DNA of 64,000 nucleotides from Malacoraja senta. Taxonomy: Eukaryota. The DNA lies in contig JAXLNO010000038.1 of assembly GCA_038087875.1 (NCBI GenBank), forward strand, positions 1 through 64,000. Direction: 5' to 3'. Position numbers and translations under genes: made by a program. Positions 40,858 to 53,405 of the stretch are shown here, one piece after another (the stretch's first letter is position 1; each line of letters starts with the position of its first letter). The notes under the pieces are model-generated. The model was not told the DNA's origin and made no database searches. It worked only from the letters and a program-made list of their open reading frames with translations.

Positions 40858-42950
40858 TTCAAGTTCAAGTTCATGTGAGTTTATTGTCATGTGTCCCTGA
40901 TAGGACAATGAAATTCTTGCTTTGTTTCAGCACAACAGAACATAGTAGGCATTGACTACAAAACAGATCAGTGTGTCCATATACCATAATATAAATATAT
41001 ACACACATGAATAAATAAACTGATGAGGTGCAAATAACAGATAATGGGCTATTAATGTTCAGAGTTTTGTCCGAGCCAAGTTTAATAGCCTGATGGCTGT
41101 GGGGAAGTAGCTATTCCTGAACCTGGTCGTTGCAGTCTTCAGGCTCCTGTACCTTCTACCTGAAGGTAGTGGGGAGATGAGTGTGTGGCCAGGATGTAGG
41201 TATGTTACAATACTTACCTTCAATGGCGCTGTAATTCTGCCACTGGCCGTGTGCGCGATTTTGGCGCCTTTAAGGGGGGGGCGGGCTTAAAACGCGGGTT
41301 TCTCCTACCTTGTCCTGAATTATATTTCGTTGGAGTACAAGCGTTTGCTGAGAAATCGTTCCTAGGGTCGTTTTGTGAATTTCACATTTTTTCATGCGAA
41401 ACGGTGATTTTATTCCCCAAACTAACGGCAGTATTTTTCATGCCAATACGGGGTTAAATTCACCGCAAATGAACGTTCCAATTGATCGCGTTCCAGAAAT
41501 CCTCATTCGCAAGATGATTTAAATGCCCATTAATTTACAGGTATTAAACATTCAATTCCTTCCATTTGGCCTGTAAATTCATGACAATGAGATTTAAAAA
41601 TTATGTTATATTGTGAATTCTTGTGTGAATGTTATTTGGACACTTAGGCTATTTAAAAATGTTAATCTATTCTTAAGAAATTGATAGATGTTTAGATCTA
41701 GTAATTGAATTTTGTAATTAGCTACAATTAGGTAACTAACTAATTATATGCTTTAATTTCATGTCATCTAAGTAAGATTGTTTCATATTTGTTTCAGAAT
41801 GCTTCAATCTATAATAACTGAAAATTTCTTTCAGTTCTCTTAATTTTTAAGAAAGTTATGGGCCTTTGACTGTCCTCGATCATAACTTTTGTGTTAAGTC
41901 AATGGAAAAGCAATAGGGAACAAGATGCTAATTTCCGAGTATGAAAATGGCCATAACATTTTTAATACTGAAGATATGAAAGTGAATTATGTGTCAAATT
42001 AAACTTCTTTTTATGCTTTATCTGATGGGATAAATCGCAGACTTTATTTTTAAAATCTCAAAATTTTGTAACATTGCTACAGGATGGTGTGGGTCCTTGA
42101 TGATACTGCCAGCCTTTTTGAGGCAGCGACTGCGATAGATCCCCTCGATGGAAGGGAGGTCAGAGCCGATGATGGACTGGGCAGTGTTTACTACTTTTTG
42201 TAGTCTTTTCCTCTCCAGGGCGCTCAAGTTGCCGAACCAAGCCACGATGCAACCGGTCAGCATGCTCTCTACTGTGCACCTGTAGAAGTTAGAGAGAGTC
42301 CTCCTTGACAAACCGACTCTCCGTAATCTTCTCAGGAAGTAGAGGCGCTGATGTGCTTTCTTAATAATTGCATCAGTGTTCTCAGACCAGGAAAGATCTT
42401 CAGAGATGTGCACGCCCAGGAATTTGAAGCTCTTGACCCTTTCAATCATTGACACATTGATATAAACGGGACCATGGGTCCCCATCCTACTCCTTCCAAA
42501 GTCCACAATCAGTTCCTTAGTTTTGCTGGTGTTGAGGGCCAGGTTATTGTGCTGGCACCATATGGACAGTTGCTCGATCTCTCTTCTATACTCTGACTCA
42601 TCCCCATCAGTGATACGTCTCACAACAGTGGTGTCGTCAGCGAACTTGATGATGGAGTTCGCACTATGACTGGCTATGCAGTCATGAGTATAGAGTGAGT
42701 ACAGCAGGGGGCTGAGCACGCAGCCTTGAGGTGCTCCCGTGCTGATTGTTATCGAGTCTGACACATTTCCACCAATACGGACAGACTGTGGTCTGTGAAT
42801 GAGGAAGTCGAGGATCCAATTGCAGAGGGATGCGCAGAGACCCAGTTCTGCGAGTTTGGTAACCAGCTTGGAGAGGATGATTGTGTTAAATGCCGAGCTG
42901 TAATCAATGAATAACAGCCTGATATATGAGTTTTTGTTGTCCAAGTGGTC
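40858..42950 (-). mobile_element. Rex1/Babar-like non-LTR retrotransposon, 5'-truncated, interrupted at 41197-42079
   Basis: ORF 42018..42953 ([37 protein letters not shown]); (CTTGAA)n-type tail. Confidence 0.88.
41197..42079. mobile_element. Non-autonomous DNA transposon with 7-bp TSD
   Basis: CAGGATG at 41190-96 and 42080-86; ends TAGGTATGTTACAA / TTGTAACATTGCTA. Confidence 0.8.
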
Positions 42951-43039
42951 CAAAATAAACCTGTTTTTATTTCAGGTTTCCAACATCCACAGTTCTCTTA
43001 CATTGTAATTCGCAAGCCCCAGTTACTTCATTTCAAGGA

Positions 43040-43325
43040 TGGCACGGTAGCGCAGCGGTACAGTTGCAGAGGGTTCAATCCTGACCACAGGTGCGTCTGT
43101 ACAGAGTTTGTACATTCTCCCCGTGACCTGCTTGGGATTTCTCCAGATGCTCCGGTGTCCTCCCGCATCCCAAAGATGTGCAGGTTTGTAGATTAATTGA
43201 CTTTGGTAAAAATTGTAAATTGTCGCTAGCCTGTAGGATAATGTTAGTGTATATGGGGTGATCGCTGGTTTGCGCAGACACGATGGACCTGTTGGCTTGC
43301 TGTATCTCTAAAGTCTAAAGTAAAC
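43040..43325 (+). mobile_element. HE1-like V-SINE
   Basis: Matches the SINE consensus seen elsewhere in the window. Confidence 0.8.
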
Positions 43326-43447
43326 TCTGCATGCTTTTATGTGCTGTAACATCCTTGGATATTATCCTTACAACAACCTCCTTACTACATAGACCAGAAA
43401 TATATGTACGGTTCTGTGAACTAACCATGTATTTTACATATTTCAAG

Positions 43448-43712
43448 TGTAGGAAGGAACCGCAGATGCTGGTTTACACAGAAGACAGACACAAAATGCT
43501 GGAGTAACTCAGCAGGACAGATAGCATATCTGGATAGAAGAAATGGGTGACGTTTTTGGTCGAGACCCTTCTTCAAACTGAGAGTCAAGGGAAAGGGAAG
43601 GGTAAGGTGTGAAAACGAGACAACAAAGGTGATAAAGACCGAGGAATGTGTAGAATAGATCATTGTTTGCTCGGGGAAGGTGACAGGAAATCATACAGAG
43701 ATAAAATGTATT
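43448..43712 (-). mobile_element. PLE pLTR fragment with 11-bp TSD
   Basis: CATATTTCAAG at 43437-47 and 43713-23. Confidence 0.8.
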
Positions 43713-44212
43713 CATATTTCAAGCCTGATTTTTCATCGCTTAAAGCAACCTGGCCTTTTCTAATCTAATATTAGCACGATGGATAGTAACCTATCCAATT
43801 AGGCCATTTCTGTGGAGACAATCAACGTTTTAGGTCGGAAATGCTTATCAGAACTGCAAAGACTTTGATGAAGGATCTTTAACCTGAAACATTGACTGCT
43901 TCTCTTTCCACAGATGCTGCCTTGTCATTTTAAAAGCATTGTAATTTTCATTGATAGAGAGACAACAATGGTGTATGGTTGGTGAATTTATATTTAGCAT
44001 CATAATGTTGAAAATTGTTTTGTCCCAGACTAGATTAAGTTTGCACTTTCTTACTGGGTCTTATCAAACATGAGGAAATTCACTGTCTCATTTTTGACAG
44101 GATTTCCATTCTGTGTACACATTTTCCAACAGAAAACTCCGCTCGATGACATTAACAGTATGTGACACACAATATCCGCCCACATTGATCCGAAAAAATG
44201 ACATTTTTTTTG

Positions 44213-44817
44213 TTTTTAGTTTTAGAGATACAGCGCGGATACAGACCCTTCGGCCCATCAAGTCCGCGCCGACCAGCGATCCTCCCCACACCCTAAAGGG
44301 CTTGTCCCACTGCACGAGGTAATTCAAGAGTTCTCCCGAGTTTCCCCTGGTTCGAACGGAGAATTACGGTAATAACCTTTCATAGGTACTCGGGGGATCT
44401 CGTGGACATTTTTCACAGTGCTGAAAAAACTTCGCGAGGTACCGCGTTTCCCGAGTACCTGCCGTTAGCATTACGAGCCGCTACGAGACATCCACGAGCT
44501 CCGACGTACCTGCTACGTACATTCTACGTACTTACCACGAGTTTGATTTTTATTTTACTCGCGAGAGCTCTTGAATTACCTCGTACAGTGGGACAGGCCC
44601 TTAACACTATCCTACACACACTAGGGACAATTTACAATTTTACCGAAACAAATTAACCTACAAACCTGTACGTCTTTGGAGTGTGGGGGGAAACTGGAGA
44701 TCCCGGAGAAAACCCATGCGGTCACAGGGAGAATGTACAAACTCCGTACAGACAAGCACCCATAGTCAGGATCGAACCCAGGTACGGCAGCAACTCTACC
44801 GCAGCGTCACCGTGCCA
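44213..44817 (-). mobile_element. HE1-like V-SINE interrupted by a MITE
   Basis: SINE halves rejoin across 44297-44601. Confidence 0.8.
44297..44601. mobile_element. PIF/Harbinger-type MITE
   Basis: TIR AGGGCTTGTCCCACTG(C/T)ACGAGGTAATTCAAGAG; TAA TSD at 44294-96 and 44602-04. Confidence 0.85.
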
Positions 44818-45764
44818 TAATTCTTATTTATTTGTAGAACAACTAGGTTTTAGTAATTCGAATTCTCTAAAAATTCGACACCCATAATGTATTATTTTTC
44901 CTCTCAGAGATTGTTGACCTTGTCTGCCTAAAACACAACCTTACAGGAATGCCCTGCCTGCCTGCCTTGCCTTTGGTGGCCTGGGTCATGATCGTTCTTC
45001 ACTTCCTAGCCTTGGGGGGTGATTGGAGACTGATATCAGCCACACCCCATTGTTTACTGCTATTCACTGCTCCATGAGAAGTCACCATATCTCCATAATC
45101 AGGAGAAAGAAGCTTTACCTACATTTTCTTCGACCCACAATAGCAGGTAGAGTGGGCGTGGATGTTTCCCTGAATTGTGGGCTTCCGCAAAGTTCAGGTA
45201 TTACAGACATCACTTATGTCCCCATTGAGATCCCTGGCGCAACCTCCTGCCAGGGAATGTCTGGCTGTTGCCTTAAACAGTCCCCAACCAACACACCCTC
45301 ACCAACACAAAGAACATACCTGCTCTCGGCAGCCTATTGAGGTTGCTCCAACCCCTTGGAAACCCCATGCCACTAATCCCTTTGTTGCACCATCCATGCA
45401 TTTACTGCCAACACTGCAGCGTTGAATGCTGCTTGCGTGCCCCTATAAGAGATTGCAGAGGCTGCAGAGATTGTACCTGCTGGGCAACATGCCGACCTCT
45501 GCGAGAACTGGCTGCCCGACAGCGGGGAGTGAGGAGCTGAAATTCAAAATATCCGTTTCAGTGCTGCCACTTACAGGGCGATCCGATTATGCTGTACAAC
45601 GTTACCTTTGAAGTTCTGTAGCCGACTTCCAAAAAGTGATTCAAAAACAAAAAAAGAAAAGCAAAAAAAGATGAAGTCCTGAGTATTATCTATGCCTAGG
45701 TATTTAAAAAAAATCCAGAACATTTTGATACGTCATCCCTCGGATGTATGAGAGAGAGAGAGAT

Positions 45765-45949
45765 AAATGCCTGGATAGAGTGGATGGGGAGAGGATGTTT
45801 CCACTAGTGGGAGAGTCCAGGACTAGAGGTCAGAGCCTCAGAATTAAATTATGTTTCTTTAGGAAGGAGATGAGGAAGAATTTCTTTAGTCAGGGGGTGG
45901 TGAATCTGTGGAATTCTTTGCCACAGAAAGCTGTGGAGGCCAATTCAAT
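45765..45949 (+). mobile_element. CR1 fragment (left half of the DIRS copy 2 target)
   Basis: ORF 45744..45980 breaks from the CR1 consensus at ...GCCAATTCAAT. Confidence 0.8.
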
Positions 45950-48900
45950 AGTAAGATTAAACGAGAACTTACCAGTTTGAAGTTTGATCTGTATTTTATG
46001 AGGAGTTACGATGAGGGATTACGTGAAGAGCCCGTCTAGCACGCATGCGCGACATACTTCAAAGCAGCGGTGTGGAATCACAGGAAACACAACAATTGAA
46101 ATAAACATAGTAAAGAAAAGGAGAACTAAGATACCTGTTGATCTCTATATTTGAGGGTGGGAGCGGAGGGCACGTAATCCCTCATCGTAACTCCTCATAA
46201 AATACAGATCAAACTTCAAACTGGTAAGTTCTCGTTTAATCTTACTATTTTACTTCGGAGTCATGTGAGTGACTACGTGAAGATTTTAAAGCTCTGTGAT
46301 TTCAAACCGTGTAACAGTTCATACTTCACTCGCTGCCGAAGTCCTTCAAGGGAGGAAGTATGTTATCGTAATCAACCATGAATCTGTTTGTAAACAAGAA
46401 TGGTATCTATTAAACAATAACAAAAGACAAAATGCTCCCCCGGACTTAAAATATATATTTGCAGATTCTAAACTCTTTCTGCAAATAACACAGGTTCTGC
46501 TAGCGGCTTGTTGTAGAACGTTTGGAACGTTTTCTCCATGGACCACCCCGCTGTAGCCAGGATGTGGTCCAGTGGTACGTCCATCCTTTTAGCCGCCGAT
46601 GTGGATGCTGCCCTGGTGGAGTGAGATGTATATACATCAGTATCTACTCCAGCAGTTCCCAGTACCTGCTTGAGCCATCTTGAGATGGTTTGGCTTGACA
46701 CCCGACCATGAGGTTTCTTGTGGCTGACCCATAATGCTTTTTCTCTCCCTCAGGAATCTCTTGTTGTGGTGATGTAAGTGAGTAGGTGAGTCATGACACA
46801 GAACCGTGGGTCAGGTGGGTATGCCCGGAAATCCATAACTAGCCCTGAAATTCCTGGCCTGCTCTGCTTTAGCAGCTCCTGAATGGTGAATGAGACCCGG
46901 TCTGGTGTTATAACCATGTTGTCCAGTCGCAGTAAGTGGAGGGACTGGACTGTTTGTGCTGAGACTAGTGCCATCAGCATGACCATTTTCAGGGTTAGCT
47001 GTTCCAGGGTGAGAGACCTGGCTGGTGACCATCCCCTTAGGTATGTCAGGACCAGACTGACATACCAGATTTGGGTGTACCTAGGTCTAGGGGGGGTTGG
47101 AGTTGAATATACCCCTCATGAGTTTGATCACCAGCGGGTGAGACCCTATGGCCTGTTGTCCTGGTACTTGTTTTAAGTAGGCTGACAGAGCACTTCTGGC
47201 AGTATTGATGGCGCTGTAGCTCAGTCCTTCAATATGGTGAAGGCCCCCCAGGAACTCCAGTACATTGGTTATGGTTGCAGATGAGTATGTTGTCCCAGTA
47301 GTCGAGCAGTATCTTTCCCACTTCCTGATGCTCGATAGGTATTGTTTCCTGGTGGACATACGGTGGTACGCTGTCATCGTGTTGATGGTCCTGTCAGACA
47401 ATCCCAGGCCCAGCATTGGTCTTTTGATAATCTGCAACCCAGTAGGTTAATTTTGTCATGGCATGGATGACTTATGCCTGATACCGGGTGCGTCAATAGG
47501 TCTGGGCTACTGGGAAAGGTCATAGGAGTTTCGATGACCATGTCGAGGACCACTGGGAACCATGGCTGTGTAGGCCAGTTGGTACTATCTAAATACCTGT
47601 AGCAGAGTCCATCTGTATTTTGCGTAGTACCCTACTGATGAGGCAGTAGGGGGAAAAGCATAAAATAAATAGTTTCCCCAGTTCAGCGCAAATGCATCTA
47701 TCGCTGCTGCCTCAGGGTGTGGTTCCCAAGGGACATACATTGGTACCTGATGATTTAGTCTGCATGCAAAGAGATCGATATCTGGTGTGCCATATTGCTT
47801 TGTAATTTTAGCAAAAACTGTAGGATTTAACATCCATTCGGTGTTTATCATTGAATTTGCGTGACCTGGTGTCTGCCACTGTATTTAGCTTACCTGATAG
47901 GTAAGTTGCTGATAGCCAAATATGTCTATCGACACACCATTGCCAGATTTTGTTGACCAAATTGTCACATGATATCGATTTTATTCCGCCCATATGGTTT
48001 AACATAGGCCGCCACCGTGGTATTATCAATTTGTAACGAACATGCAAATGGTGCATATTTGTAGAATATGCTTTTAAACCATAAAACGCACCCAACATTT
48101 CCAAATAATTTATGCCCAGTGTTTGTAGCAAAGATGATTCTAGGTTAGTCCATCTACCACCTGTGCTGGATATGGTATTAGTTGCTCCCCAGCCTTGAGC
48201 ACTGGCATCTGTTTGTATAGTTAATGTTGGGTTATTGATGATGATAGGGCTGGAACTATGCCAAATGTGCTCTATCCACCACTGGAACTCTGATATAGCT
48301 TCAATGGGTAATTTCATGGTCCAGTCAAAGTGACCTGCATGTCGTTTTAATGCCTGTACTTTTGCCCTTTGTAGGTTTTGATAGTGCATGGTCCAAATTG
48401 TGTAGCTGGAAATGCTGCTACCATTTTGCCAATTACTCTTGCCACTTGTCGGATGGTTGGTCGATTGCTAACCATTAAATTGTTACACGTCTGTGCCAAT
48501 TCTGCTGCTTTATCTTTTGGCAACGTTATGGACATGTGGACTGAGTTAATCGTGAATCCCAGATAGTCCATAGTTGTGGATGGCGTCAACTTAGTTTTAT
48601 CTGGATGTATGACAAATCCCAGGGTTTCAAACAATTGTTTGGTAGCTAATACAGCTGATTTAGCCAACTCCATGGTTTTGCCTACTATTAGAATATCATC
48701 AAGATATGCTATGACAATATGTCTGTGTTTTCTCAATGTTGCCAAGGCCGATTTAATATCTTGGTAAATAGTTTTGGGCTGATGTTAACCCATTTAGGCA
48801 ACGCTTTAAACTGCCAAAGTTGCCCCATCCAGGTAAATTTCAGGTATCTGCGATAACCCTTTTGAATGGGTACTGTATAGTAGGCATCTTTTAAATCAAT

Positions 48901-50357
48901 ACCTGCCATAAAGTATCCTTTGGAAATCAGTTGTTTGGCAGTTACAAATGTTTCCATTTTGAAATGTACATACTTAACAAAGGTATTTAGTGAAGTCAAT
49001 GATGATGCGACATCCACCAACTTTTTTGTCTTTGGTAAATATATTTGAGACAAATTCCAAAGGTTCATGTTTGGATTTCTCAATGATACCCTTTGTAAGT
49101 AACCTCACCAGTTCTGCTTGACCCTCTAGTTTTTCTTTGACTGAGAGGGTAAAGACCCTTTGGGGTACATGCTGAACTGGTGGCATATTTTCTTGAATGA
49201 ACTCTATTTTATATCCACGAATATTGTTAAGTATATAACTATCATTCGTGACAGACCTCCATGCTTCAATGAACAGGTGTAATCTCCCCTGTTAGTACAG
49301 TTCCCCCACTTTTTATATGCTGGTAGGGACCAGACCCACCTACCTCCATAATTATGGAAGTGTTCCTTTCTTCAGTTTCTTCATCCGTTGTTGTACTGCT
49401 GGATGTACTGCTAGTTGGGGGTGGCGCATTTTCCATGGGGTCCGCTCTGGGCCCTGGCCTAAAAAAGGCTTTCGGAGATGGTATGCGGACCCCGAGCTTT
49501 CACCAGTCCCATAAGTTTGACGTCGACTGGTGGACGCGGTGGGGTACTGCTGTCTGGGTTGTGTGGGTCTGCTCGTTCCGGGGCCTGCCCTCATGAGGCC
49601 AAATGCTTTGGACTCTTCCTCCAGGTCTTTCACTTGTCAAGTCCTTTCCAAATAACAGGATCTGCGGCTCTGAGGCCAGTGTTGTACACAGTCCTGCATA
49701 TTTGGGATTGAGGGCAGGTCTTATTCTCTCCTTGCGGAGGTTGTTTATCTCATATTGAGTGTTGCACAGCAGAGCCAGAGTGTCTTGCTGGTTGGTGGTC
49801 ATATCCACCCCATCCACGGAACGAGCATAGGATGTTATCCTTGTCGTCAGGAGCTTGAGGATACGTGTAATTTTAGCTCCTGTTTCCGGATACTCTGTCC
49901 AACATACCCCCAGATTTCTCTTCTTATAGGGGTTTGAGGGACAGGTGGTTAATGCTGGCCGCCAGTTTTGGCTGCAACTGCCGCCCTGCTCGTGGTGTAA
50001 CCACGTAGCGATTCTCCACACCCAGCAGCTCTTCCTGATCCTGTACCCCAAGCGTATTCCCGACATCTTCAGCCAAATACCCCTGTTCCTGACCAGCCCA
50101 GCCCTGGTCGCCAACGCTGCCCTCGGCTGAGGGGGAAGCGATGGCCAGTGCATTGTAGAGCACTGATGTGGGAGTGCCTGAGTTCCCTTGGCGAGACTGC
50201 TCCAGCTCCCGAAGCAAGTCTCGCTGGAGCATTTGCTCCATGAGCCTTTCCATGCGGCTCAGGCGGCTAGCTCTGCCACTCTAAGGCGGAGAGTCCTCCT
50301 CATTGGAGTCAGAAATAACCGGCCGGTCAGTTTTTTGTCTTGATTTGCCTCCAGTCC
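45947..50357 (-). mobile_element. DIRS1-like retrotransposon copy 2 (gag, RT, RNase H, methyltransferase-like domain, tyrosine recombinase; frameshifted)
   Basis: RT (IDLKDAYY, YLDD), RNase H (QTDASAQGWG, INYLEM), PDIDLFA..FYAFPP, YR (HSTRAAS..AGWS); same ITR/ICR end as copy 1. Confidence 0.93.
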
Positions 50358-50828
50358 ACACACTCACAACTCTCTGTGTGAAAAAGTTTTTCCTCATCTC
50401 CATTCTAAATGGCTTACCATTTATTCTTAAACTATGGCCTCTGGTTCTGGACTCCCCCAACATTGGGAACATGTTTCCTGCCTCTAGCTTGTCCAAACAC
50501 TTAATAATCTTTTATCTATTATTATACTAAAAGTCTCATCTTGACCACTTCCTGTCTACGTTGTTAATTGATATTAGAAAAAACACGACCCTATATCGCT
50601 ATGATTTTTTCTCCATCTGACTCACAGTCCTCCTCTGCTGCAGCAGCCCCAAGGACTTTTCCGATCGCTGAAAAATAAAAAAGTTATGAATGTTTAAAAA
50701 ATCTTGAGATCAGCTGATTGGTCCTCTCGCCTGTCAATCACTATGATGAAGGTAACACCCCCTCTGAGGGGCGTGGCAGGAGTATAAAGATGCCGGACGT
50801 GAGTCAGTCACTCTGGAAGTTCGTGAGG

Positions 50829-52109
50829 GACAAAGGACAAGGACAAAGGACATTTATTGTTACATACACCAAATGGTGTAGTGAAATTTGTCGTGCCATG
50901 CAGCACAAACTAGACACAACATTAAAGAAATTTAACATAAAACATAAAAAACATCCCCCCACAATGGTTCCCACTGTGGGGGAAGGCACAAAGTCCAGTC
51001 CCCATCCCATGTCCACCCATAGTCGGGCCTATTGAGGCCTCCACAGTCGCCTCCACGGAGGCCCGATGTTCCAGGCCGTTCTCGCCGGGTGATGGTGCTC
51101 CGGCGTCGGGAGAATCCTCTCAGCGGCTTGGGACACCTGGAACGGCCGCCTCCTTACTGTAGACCATGGCTTCCGAAGCCAACAGGCCGCGCTGAGTGGA
51201 GCTCCAACACTGGCGATCTCGGCGAGAGATCCCAGGCTCCCATTGTTAAAGTTCAGCGCCGCGGGCTCAGTTCACCGGAGTTCCAGCGTGGCGACCCGGG
51301 CAAGGCATCGCCCGCTCCGCTCCGCAATAGCGCTCGAGCACTGTGCCGCCGCCGAAGCCGAGGTTCTGGCCGGTACCCTCAGGAAATGCCGCTCCAGGCC
51401 CGCTGGTAGGCCGCGAGGACGGGTCGAAGGTGCAGCCCGGAGAAAAGCTGCCTCTCCGACCAGGTAGGGACCCTAGAAAGTAGGGTCATCAGGTCTACTC
51501 CCCCATTCAATCATGGCTGATCTATCTCTCCCTTCTAACCCCCTTTTTCTGCCTTCTCCCCATAACCCCTGACACCCGTGCTAATCAAGCATCTATCTAT
51601 CCCCACCTTAAAAATATCCATCATTTTGGTTGGATATGAGTCTTGAATACGACCATCAGGTAAGTACTTACTCTGAGGTCGTATTCAAGAACCTTTGCTC
51701 TGCTTTGTCAATTCCAGGCAAGAAGCTGGGGAAACTGAGCAAAGCACGGCAAGGGAAAAAGACCGCACCCCGTTCGACTCCAACAGAACGGGAGTGTCCC
51801 ATCAGTGGGGGGCGAGAGGCGGCACCTGGACCACATATGCTGCGGCACACCCTCATTGAGACCGAGCCGAGCCCAGTACCGCTAGCGCAGCCTGACCAAC
51901 AGCAGCGGACTGGAGGCAGCCCGGAGAAAAGCTGCCTCTCCGACCAGGTAGGGACCCTAGAAAGTAGTTTCCCCCTTCCCCCCCCCCCACCCCCCACATA
52001 AAAAAGACTAGAACTCCTAAAAAACAAAACAACTAACTAACTAAAAATAAGAAAAAGATGAAAACGGACAGCTTCAGGCTGGGCAGCCATACCACACAGG
52101 ACGCCGCAC
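50829..52109 (-). mobile_element. Non-coding SINE-like element with a Rex1/RTE-type 3' end, nested in the Helitron
   Basis: On -, ends AATTTCACT..ACAATAAA plus (TGTCCT)n; GC-rich body; no RT ORF. Confidence 0.5.
51484..51918. other. Displaced inverted segment: CR1 3' half (51484-51621, -) plus DIRS gag 5' part (51622-51918, +)
   Basis: Continues the sequences broken at 45949 and 50357; flanked by a 52-bp direct repeat. Confidence 0.7.
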
Positions 52110-52224
52110 CCTAGGAGTGAAGGGAGAGTCCACAACTGTGATTCTAAGCTGTGTGTCAACTGAACTGTGAATCTACTGAACTGTGAGTCTGCAATGTACT
52201 TGCAATAAATGATTTGTAGCCCTT

Positions 52225-53405
52225 AATGGAAATGAAATGAGTTGTTTGGCCAGCCCTGTGCTTGAAACTGAAATGGAAATGGAAATGGAAATGAAATGAA
52301 AATGAAATGAGTTGTTTGGCCTGCCCTGTGCTTGAAACTAAAATGGAAATGGAAATGAAATGAAAATGAAATGAGTTGTTTGGCCTGCCCTGTGCTTGAA
52401 ACTGAAATGGAAATGGAAATGAAATGAAAATGAAATGAGTTGTTTGGCCTGCCCTGTGCTTGAAACTGAAATGGAAATGGAAATGAAATGAAAATGAAAT
52501 GAGTTGTTTGGCCTGCCCTGTGCTTGTAACTGAAATGGAAATGGAAATGAAATGAAAATGAAATGAGTTGTTTGGCTGCTCTGTGCTTGAAACTGAAATG
52601 GAAATGGAAATGAAATGAAAATGAAATTAGTTGTTTAGCCTGCCCTGTGCTTGAAACTAAAATGGAAATGGAAATGAAATGAAAAAGAAATGAGTTGTTT
52701 GGCCTGCCCTGTGCTTGAAACTGAAATGGAAATGGAAATGAAATGAAAATGAAATGAGTTGTTTGGCCTGCCCTGTGCTTGAAACTGAAATGGAAATGGA
52801 AATGAAATGAAAATGAAATGAGTTGTTTGGCCTGCCCTGTGCTTGTAACTGAAATGTAAATGGAAATGAAATGAAAATGAAATGAGTTGTTTGGCTGCTC
52901 TGTGCTTGAAACTGAAATGGAAATGGAAATGAAATGAAAATGAAATGAGTTGTTTGGCCTGCCCTGTGCTTGAAAATGAAATGGAAATGGAAATGAAATG
53001 AAAATGAAATGAGTTGTTTGGCCTGCCCTGTGCTTGAAACTGAAATGGAAATGGAAATGAAATGAAAATGAAATGAGTTGTTTGGCCTGCCCTGTGCTTG
53101 AAACTGAAATGGAAATGGAAATGAAATGAAAATGAAATGAGTTGTTTGGCTGCTCTGTGCTTGAAACGGAAATGGATATGGAAATGAAATGAAAATGAAA
53201 TGAGTTGTTAGGCCTGCCCTGTGCTTGAAAATGAAATGGAAATGGAAATGAAATGAAAATGAAATGAGTGGTTTGGCCTGCCTTGTGCTTGAAACTGAAA
53301 TGGGAATGGAAATGAAATGAAAATGAAATGAGTTGTTTGGCCTGCCCTGTGCTTGAAATGGAAATGGAAATGAAATGAAATGAAATGAGTTGTTTGGCCT
53401 GCCTG
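52225..53405. repeat. 64-bp minisatellite, about 18 units, inside the Helitron
   Basis: Unit GAGTTGTTTGGCCTGCCCTGTGCTTGAAACTGAAATGGAAATGGAAATGAAATGAAAATGAAAT. Confidence 0.97.

Noticed and set aside
47585..47851. Bacterial or phage contamination suggested by the methyltransferase-like and recombinase ORFs
   Set aside because: These are normal DIRS1-like domains, collinear with RT/RNase H and embedded in vertebrate repeats
50357..51918. Single simple inversion as the explanation of the DIRS break
   Set aside because: 50357-51483 remains collinear with 51968-54285
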